Positions 57,760-64,000 of a stretch of 64,000 nt of DNA are shown in pieces (the stretch's first letter is position 1; each line of letters begins with the position of its first letter). The notes beneath the pieces are model-generated. The model was not told where the DNA came from, made no database searches, and saw only the letters and a list, made by a program, of their open reading frames with translations. This DNA is from Candidatus Multivoradales bacterium (GTDB lineage: Bacteria > Acidobacteriota > Thermoanaerobaculia > Multivoradales > Multivoraceae). A program made the translations under genes and the position numbers. The DNA lies in assembly GCA_965223325.1 (NCBI GenBank), contig CBDCWI010000002.1, positions 1,280,001-1,344,000 of the forward strand, in the 5' to 3' direction.

Positions 57760-60519
57760 ATGTTCAACGGTCTCGACGTCGATCTGCGCTACGCCGTACG
57801 CAACCTGGTGCGCTACCCGGGTTTCTCACTCCTCGCCCTTCTGGCCCTCACGGTAGGTCTCGGAGCATGCATCGCGATCTGGAGCGTCATCTACGCCGTC
57901 GCCCTGCGTCCGCTGCCGTGGAACGGAGCCGATCGCCTGGTATCGCTCGCCGAGCGTGACCCTTCCCAACCGGAGATGGCGCGTTCCGGTTTCGAGCTCT
58001 CCCACCTGCGGGAGTGGAACGAGCACTCGACTACTCTCGAAGCAGTGGCAGGCTACATGGGCGCCGGCCTGGTGTTGACCGCCTCGGGGCAGGAACCGAC
58101 TCGTCTCGAGGCGCTAAGGGTCTCACCCGAGTTCTTCGACGTCCTCGGGGCGACCCCGGCCCACGGCCGGACCTTCGAACGGAGCGAAGTCGAAGCCGGT
58201 GAAACGCGACTCGCCGTCCTCAGTCACGCGACCTATCTCCAGCACCTGGGAGGCGACCCGGCACGAATCGGCGAGACTCTGCGCCTCGACGGCGACCCGT
58301 ACCTCGTTCTCGGTGTAATGCCCGAGGGCTTCCGCTTCCCAGACGACTCGGTCGAACTCTGGACCCCACTCGCCTGGGCACCGGTCACGCCGGGCCCCGA
58401 TGGTCAGCAACCCGAGCGCCATATCCAGCTTCCAGCAATCGGACGCCTGGCACCTGGGACCACCATTGCCCAGGCCGAAGCCGAAGGACAGATCTTGCTC
58501 GAACAGCTCGACACGGCGCGTCGACAGCGCACCATCGGCCGCCTCGAAGCGCGCCGTCAACGGGCGCTCGAGTCCACCGATGAATCAGTGGGAGGGCCAG
58601 CGATCGGCGAGGAACCCAGCAACGGCCCTGGCCCCCGTCGCCGCGTCGTGCGGCGCACAGCCTCCGGCGAGGCAAATAGCGAGTCTGCTGGCGGAGGAGC
58701 AGCGAATGGACAGGAGGGACAACGGCGGGTCGTACGCCGTCGCGGCGACCCGGGCGGCCCTGGTGGGCCTGGTGGGCCTGGTGGGCCAGGCGGCGAGCCA
58801 GAGGATCCCGAACGCCTTGCCGCGATGGCTCAAGAGATCAGCGCCGCACCACCACCGCAACTCGAGATCACCGGCATGCTCGAGCAACAGGTCGCCCCCA
58901 TCAGACCAGCTCTTCGTCTGTTGGCGGGAACTGTTCTCCTGGTGCTGCTGGTGGCCTGCGCCAACGTCGCCAACCTGCTTCTGACCCGCGGCGTCGGGCG
59001 CCGCCGCGAGCTCGCAACGCGCGCCGCCCTCGGTTCGAGCCGAGGAGGGCTGGCACGTCTACTGATCGCCGAGTCCTTGGTCCTCGCACTCGTCGGTGGG
59101 GTGCTCGGCCTGGCCTTCGCCTGGGGCGCCCTCTACTGGCTCCGTACCCTGGTCCCAGCCGACGTACCGCGCGGCGACGAGATCGGGCTCTATCCGCCGG
59201 TTCTCTTGTTCGCACTCGGCCTGGTGCTCCTATGCACCCTCTTGTTCGGCGCGGTGCCGATTCTGCAGACGCGCTTTTCCAGTCTCGTGGCGTCGCTCGG
59301 CCGGGATGCCACACCGACATCGGGCGGTCGTTCCATGCAGTCTCTGTTGCGCGGAGGCCTGGTGATCGCCGAGGTGGCGCTGGCGCTTCTTCTCCTTTTG
59401 GGCGCGGCGCTGTTCGCCAACAGCTTCCTGACCCTGTCGCGTGTTGACCCCGGCTACCAACCTCACAACGTGATCACGGCCGAGGTCGCACCTCCCGCGA
59501 GCCGCTACCCCGCTGGAGCGGTGCGCAACGGTTTCTACCGAGATCTCCTCGAGCGGCTCCGGGCTCTGCCCGGCGTTGATGACGCCGGGGTGGTGAACTT
59601 CCTCCCCCTTACGCGAAGTCGAATCGCGCTGAGCCTGCAAATCGAAGGGCAGGCGCCGCCTGCCGACCCCAGCGAGGCACCGCAGGCCGACCTGCGACTG
59701 GTCAGTGCCGGCTATCTCGAAGCGATGGGGATTCCACTCACCCAAGGACGCCTCTTCGAACGGCGTGACGCCTCGAGTGGCCAACCGGTCGTGATGGTGA
59801 ACCGGGTGTTTGCCGAGCGCTACCTCGAAGAAGGCCGCGCCGTCGGCACCAGACTTGCCAACTTCGGCGAGATCATCGGAGTCCTCGGCGACGTGCGAGC
59901 GCAAGGACTCGACGCCGACCCCACGCCGACGTTCTACCTGCTCATCGACGCAGCACCAGCGATGATGAGTGACATCTTCACCCGCATGTCGGTGGCCGTG
60001 CGCTCCGACCGCCCGCAAGAGGCGATCCCGGCGATGCGCACCGCGCTGGCCGGTCTCGACCCGCAGGTACCGTTCGAGGACCTGCGCTTGATGGACGAGC
60101 GGCTGTACGAATCGGTCGCCACACCGCGCTTCTACGCCACCGTGCTCTCGATCTTCGGGCTCGTCGGTCTCTTACTCGCCATTGTCGGGGTCTACGGCGT
60201 GTTGTCGTTTGCCGTGCACCAGGAAACCCGAGAAAACGGTGTACGCATGGCACTCGGCGCAGCCCCCACGACTCTCCTACGTCGCACCGTCTGGCGCGGC
60301 GCGCGCTTGGCCCTGATCGGCATCGCCATCGGCCTCGTCGCGGCCTACTTCCTGGCCCGCCTCGTGGGCTCGCTCCTGTTCGGCATCGAAGCGACCGATC
60401 CTCTCACCTGGGCCATTGCCATTGCGGTCATGCTCCTCACCGCCACCATCGCCTGCCTGGTTCCGGCTCGACGCGTAGCCCGCGCCGACCCGGTCCAGGC
60501 GCTCCGCTACGACGGCTGA
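57760..60519 (+). CDS. duplicated MacB/FtsX-type ABC permease (acidobacterial duplicated orphan permease-like)
   Basis: DLRYA.R.L...PGF, VLLVACANVANLLL.R...R.RE.A.RAALG, G.YGV.SF.V.Q..RE.GVRMALGA, DP..ALR. Confidence 0.9.
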   Translation: MFNGLDVDLRYAVRNLVRYPGFSLLALLALTVGLGACIAIWSVIYAVALRPLPWNGADRLVSLAERDPSQPEMARSGFELSHLREWNEHSTTLEAVAGYMGAGLVLTASGQEPTRLEALRVSPEFFDVLGATPAHGRTFERSEVEAGETRLAVLSHATYLQHLGGDPARIGETLRLDGDPYLVLGVMPEGFRFPDDSVELWTPLAWAPVTPGPDGQQPERHIQLPAIGRLAPGTTIAQAEAEGQILLEQLDTARRQRTIGRLEARRQRALESTDESVGGPAIGEEPSNGPGPRRRVVRRTASGEANSESAGGGAANGQEGQRRVVRRRGDPGGPGGPGGPGGPGGEPEDPERLAAMAQEISAAPPPQLEITGMLEQQVAPIRPALRLLAGTVLLVLLVACANVANLLLTRGVGRRRELATRAALGSSRGGLARLLIAESLVLALVGGVLGLAFAWGALYWLRTLVPADVPRGDEIGLYPPVLLFALGLVLLCTLLFGAVPILQTRFSSLVASLGRDATPTSGGRSMQSLLRGGLVIAEVALALLLLLGAALFANSFLTLSRVDPGYQPHNVITAEVAPPASRYPAGAVRNGFYRDLLERLRALPGVDDAGVVNFLPLTRSRIALSLQIEGQAPPADPSEAPQADLRLVSAGYLEAMGIPLTQGRLFERRDASSGQPVVMVNRVFAERYLEEGRAVGTRLANFGEIIGVLGDVRAQGLDADPTPTFYLLIDAAPAMMSDIFTRMSVAVRSDRPQEAIPAMRTALAGLDPQVPFEDLRLMDERLYESVATPRFYATVLSIFGLVGLLLAIVGVYGVLSFAVHQETRENGVRMALGAAPTTLLRRTVWRGARLALIGIAIGLVAAYFLARLVGSLLFGIEATDPLTWAIAIAVMLLTATIACLVPARRVARADPVQALRYDG

Positions 60520-60552
60520 GTGAGGCGCCGAGACCCGCGACAGACAGATCGG

Positions 60553-61040
60553 ACCAACCACGCCCCGCCGGCCAGCCCCGAGCTACAGAACCTCATGGCG
60601 GCGCGTGACAACGAAGCCACGAATCCGCGGCGCGCAACGGTCCGCTTGCGCTGCAAGGGTGATGCTAGCGAGGGGTGTAGTAACCACCCCACGCCGACAC
60701 AAGAGTCGACCCAAGCCCAGTAACGCGGGCCCGTCCAGGCCCACGCCCCACAAATCGACCTACCACGCCCCGTCGACCACCACCGAGCTACAAGACCTCA
60801 TGCCGGCCCGTGACAACGAAGCCACGGATCCGCGGCGCGCGACGGGCCGCCGAAGGCCGAGGGCGGAGCTGCAGGGCGGACGCCGCGCGCATACGACACG
60901 CGCCACGGTCCGCTTGCGCCGCAAGAGTGACGACTAGCGAGGGGTGTGGTAACCACCTGACGCCGACTCCAGAGGCGAACCAGACCCAGTAGCGCGGGCC
61001 ACTCCGGGCCGGCGCCCCAACACCGACCAACCACGCCCCT
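60553..61040. repeat. imperfect direct repeat of a ~205-270 bp intergenic unit
   Basis: 60578-60731 aligns with 60783-61000, the latter carrying an ~60 bp insertion; ACCACGCCCC marks unit boundaries. Confidence 0.8.
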
Positions 61041-61042
61041 CG

Positions 61043-61762
61043 CTAGTCCCTCGACATGAAGAGCCGCAAGATGTACCAGAACATCAGAGCGATCGAAGCG
61101 AACAGTTCCATCGCCGCCGCGACGTAGCGGTCTTCTGGATAGTGGTGCAGCACGTTCGAGGTGTCGTAGAGAACGGCGAGGCCGGCAAACGCCACCATCG
61201 CTGCGGAGAACCAGATGCCGAGGGTGAACTTGAACAGCACCGCGGCAACAATCAGTCCGAGGGCAGCGAAGCCCATGAACACCAGTGCCCCGCGCATGAA
61301 CGAGAAGTCCTTGCGGGTGATAAAAACGACTGCCGTGAGCCCAGTGAACAAACCAACCGTCGCAAACGCCGCTCCTTGAATGGCACCGGGTGTGTACGCC
61401 GCAGCGACATACAGAAGCGGTACGAAGATCACCGCTTGGGCGGCGATCAACGCGCCGTAGGCCAGGTACTGCATCGGCAGCGATCTCACAGTGTGCGACA
61501 CGTGTGACGCGATCCAGCTGACGACGATGAAGGCGCCGAGCACGAACAGCCAGTTGGTGCCCAACATGACGCGGGCCATGCTTTCGGCCATGCCGCTCGA
61601 GAACAAGATGACCTCGATGGCGGCAAACGCCAGAATGCCGCCCATCAGATGGGCATAGGTGCGCGTGAAGAACTGCGCTCGCGCGCCGGTTCCTTCGGCG
61701 GTGATCGGGGTGTTGTGGATCTCGTGGGGTGGGTTGGGCGCCCCTTGATAGATCTCACTCAT
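61043..61762 (-). CDS. Bax inhibitor-1/YccA family membrane protein
   Basis: Seven TMs, RTY.HL, RKDFSF, LYDTSN, YVAAA.ELF. Confidence 0.88.
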   Translation of the reverse strand: MSEIYQGAPNPPHEIHNTPITAEGTGARAQFFTRTYAHLMGGILAFAAIEVILFSSGMAESMARVMLGTNWLFVLGAFIVVSWIASHVSHTVRSLPMQYLAYGALIAAQAVIFVPLLYVAAAYTPGAIQGAAFATVGLFTGLTAVVFITRKDFSFMRGALVFMGFAALGLIVAAVLFKFTLGIWFSAAMVAFAGLAVLYDTSNVLHHYPEDRYVAAAMELFASIALMFWYILRLFMSRD

Positions 61763-62045
61763 TCTGAACTCTCCTCTCGGTCGCCCCGCCGTGCGAGGCA
61801 ACCCTGGTTTAGGACTGCAATCAAGGAAAACGTCACGATCGAGGAAACGTAACGCAGAGAATTGGAATTTCGGTCGCGATGTGACCCGAAGGGTCTTCCA
61901 TAAGACCGCTCGCGCCGATTCGCGACTCCAGGGTTCCGAACCGATCGGCCGGACACCGATTATATATTGTCGCCTCTCGATCGCTCTATTCCGCGTAACC
62001 TGTCCCTCGACCCCGATCCTGCAAGACGGCACAGAAGGCTGAGGC

Positions 62046-62525
62046 GTGAAAGAAAAGCACATTCGCATCCGTATCGAGCAATGCCTGGCGCTCTCGAAGG
62101 CCTCTAACTGCCCGCGCCGCAAGTTCGGAGCGCTGCTCCTTGACCCGGAACGAAACGTCACCCTGATGGACGGCTACAACGGCGGTCCGCGTGGCGGCGG
62201 CGATCTGTGCGGCGGCCACGTCTGCCTGCGCGACAAAGGGGAGATCCCATCGGGTGAACGCATGGAAGTCGGCTGCCATCACGCAGAAATGAACGTGGTG
62301 TGCAACTGCGCCGCGGCGGGCGTGCCGACCCGCGGCGCCTGGCTGCTGGTCACCGGGGAGCCCTGTGTTCTGTGCGCCAAGCTCATCCATCACGCCGGCA
62401 TCCAGAAGGTCATCGTGGTCGGCGGCGGCTACGCGGGCGCCAACGGCGTCGACTACTTGCGCGCCCATGGCGTGCAGGTCGATAGCGTCGAGGGCCCGCA
62501 GGATCCGCGCCTGGCGGACTCCTGA
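62046..62525 (+). CDS. dCMP deaminase (ComEB-like) family protein
   Basis: S.C.RR..GA, GYNG.P.G, HAEMN, PCVLCAK...AGI. Confidence 0.88.
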   Translation: MKEKHIRIRIEQCLALSKASNCPRRKFGALLLDPERNVTLMDGYNGGPRGGGDLCGGHVCLRDKGEIPSGERMEVGCHHAEMNVVCNCAAAGVPTRGAWLLVTGEPCVLCAKLIHHAGIQKVIVVGGGYAGANGVDYLRAHGVQVDSVEGPQDPRLADS

Positions 62526-62607
62526 CGCCGCCGCCGAGCAGTCGGGCCGCACCGGCTACACTGCGCCCACCGATTCCAGACATTTCAACAAGAGAGCGGA
62601 GTTCCCC

Positions 62608-64000
62608 ATGGGCACGGACCACTACGGTTTTCACGGTCGGGTTCTGGTCGTCGACCTGACCTCTCGGATGACCTCCGATTTGGAGATCGATCCTTCCGTC
62701 TACCGCCAGTTTCTCGGCGGCTACGGCCTCGGCTCCTATTTGATGTGGAAGCACTTCCCCGCCGGCACCGACGCGCTGGCGCCGGAGGCGTGCTTCGCGA
62801 TCGTGTCGGGGCTGCTCACTGGGGTGCGCACTCCCTTTTCGGGTCGTATCCAGATTGTCGGTAAGTCGCCGCTTACCAACACCTGGGCCGACTCGAACTC
62901 GGGCGGCAGCGTCGCCGTTCATCTGCGCAACGCAGGCTACGACGGTCTGCTGGTCAAAGGTCGGGCCGCGGAGCCGACGCTGTTGGTCATCGACAACGGC
63001 GAGGTGCGGTTTGAGGCGGCCGGCGACCTCTGGGGCCAGGAGATCCCGGAGGTCTTTGACGCTCTGCAGGCGCGTTTTGGAACCAAGCGTACGGTCGGAG
63101 TGTCAGCAATTGGCCCGGCGGGCGAAGGGCAGGCGAAGATCGCCTCGGTGATGAACGATCGCTACCACGCCTTCGGCCGCCAGGGTTTCGGCGCCATCTA
63201 CGGCAGCAAGAACATCAAGGCAATCGTTGTCGGTGGAGACGCCAAGCCGGTTCCGATTCACGATGAGGCGCGCTTCCGCGAGCTCTGCGACGGGGTCACC
63301 AAGGAGTACCGAAGCGACATTGGCCCGCTGATGCGCTTCGTGGTCTGGGCTGCGGCCCCCAAGAAGTACCTGGGCTTTCTCTACCGCGCGTTCGCCCGTT
63401 TCGGGATGAAGATCGAGTCGCCACAACCAGCGATGCGCCAGCTGTGGTCTGACCGCGGCACAACCGCAGCGGTGGCTCTGAGCGTCGAAAACGGCGACGG
63501 CCCGGTCAAGAACTGGAAGGGCGTTGGCTCGCGCGACTTTCCGCTGTCGAAGAAGGGCTGGAAGCTCGACGGTGCCGAGGTCGACAAGATCATCACCAAG
63601 AAGCTGAGCTGTGGTGACTGCCCTGCGCCCTGCAAAGGAATCGTCGGCATCAAGAGGCGGGGCCTGGCAGATGTGCGCCGGCCAGACTACGAAACGATCG
63701 TCGGCTTCGGCGCCAATCTGATCAACGACGACCTGGAAACGGTCACTGCCTGTCACGACGCCTGCAACCGCTATGGAATGGACGCGGTCTCTTCGAGCGC
63801 CACCCTGGCCTGGGTCTGCGAGGCGACCGAGCTGGGGATTCTGACCAGAGACGATCTCGACGGTGTCGACATGCGTTGGGGCAACGGCGAAGCCGCCCTC
63901 GAGCTGACGGTACAAATGGGCGAAGGCACGGGTTGTGGCGCCTGGCTACGGCATGGTCTGGCTTCGGCGTCGAAGCACATCGGCCGCGGCACCGAAGAGT
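62608..64000 (+). CDS. aldehyde:ferredoxin oxidoreductase (tungsten AOR family), truncated by window end
   Basis: Manual translation [17 protein letters not shown]...FLGGYGLG...KSPLT....SNSGG...AGYD...IGPAGE...[14 protein letters not shown]; absent from the ORF track because there is no stop in the window. Confidence 0.88.
   Translation, partial: MGTDHYGFHGRVLVVDLTSRMTSDLEIDPSVYRQFLGGYGLGSYLMWKHFPAGTDALAPEACFAIVSGLLTGVRTPFSGRIQIVGKSPLTNTWADSNSGGSVAVHLRNAGYDGLLVKGRAAEPTLLVIDNGEVRFEAAGDLWGQEIPEVFDALQARFGTKRTVGVSAIGPAGEGQAKIASVMNDRYHAFGRQGFGAIYGSKNIKAIVVGGDAKPVPIHDEARFRELCDGVTKEYRSDIGPLMRFVVWAAAPKKYLGFLYRAFARFGMKIESPQPAMRQLWSDRGTTAAVALSVENGDGPVKNWKGVGSRDFPLSKKGWKLDGAEVDKIITKKLSCGDCPAPCKGIVGIKRRGLADVRRPDYETIVGFGANLINDDLETVTACHDACNRYGMDAVSSSATLAWVCEATELGILTRDDLDGVDMRWGNGEAALELTVQMGEGTGCGAWLRHGLASASKHIGRGTEE

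Noticed and set aside
60553-61040. CRISPR array (also considered for 27408-27465 and 33145-33210)
   Set aside because: No constant repeats separated by unique spacers of regular length, and no cas genes.
62046-62525. Anti-phage dCTP deaminase
   Set aside because: It is a short single-domain ComEB-like protein without the kinase-like domain and has no defence context.

Overview
GC-rich bacterial chromosomal window with about 60 genes and one tRNA-Thr(CGT). No rRNA, CRISPR array, transposase or integrase was seen. A duplicated orphan ABC permease and C-terminal F.D.FE.G..W tails suggest an Acidobacteriota host, possibly Thermoanaerobaculia-like (inference only). The standout is a tightly packed ~10.3 kb minus-strand respiratory cluster (14277->3968) with nine genes: ba3-type (B-family) heme-copper oxidase subunits IIa, II and I, a Rieske protein, cytochrome b, a membrane-anchored octaheme HAO-family cytochrome sitting where cytochrome c1 would be, NapA, a tandem-duplicated tetraheme NapB, and an outer-membrane beta-barrel. 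No napC, napGH, napD or nrfA is present in the window. The cluster looks like one Rieske/cytb-fed module branching to O2, nitrate and nitrite. Other notable items are a FolP-FolB-FolK triple fusion, a FabG-FabF-ACP-acyltransferase mini-cluster, two tandem secreted beta-helix paralogs with a shared C-terminal tail, a ~286 bp nested palindrome, a dispersed intergenic repeat family and short tandem repeats in regulatory regions. The ORF track missed three genes: a GH1 N-terminus at the left edge, oxidase subunit IIa, and an aldehyde:ferredoxin oxidoreductase at the right edge. All product calls come from motif recognition, not from database searches.
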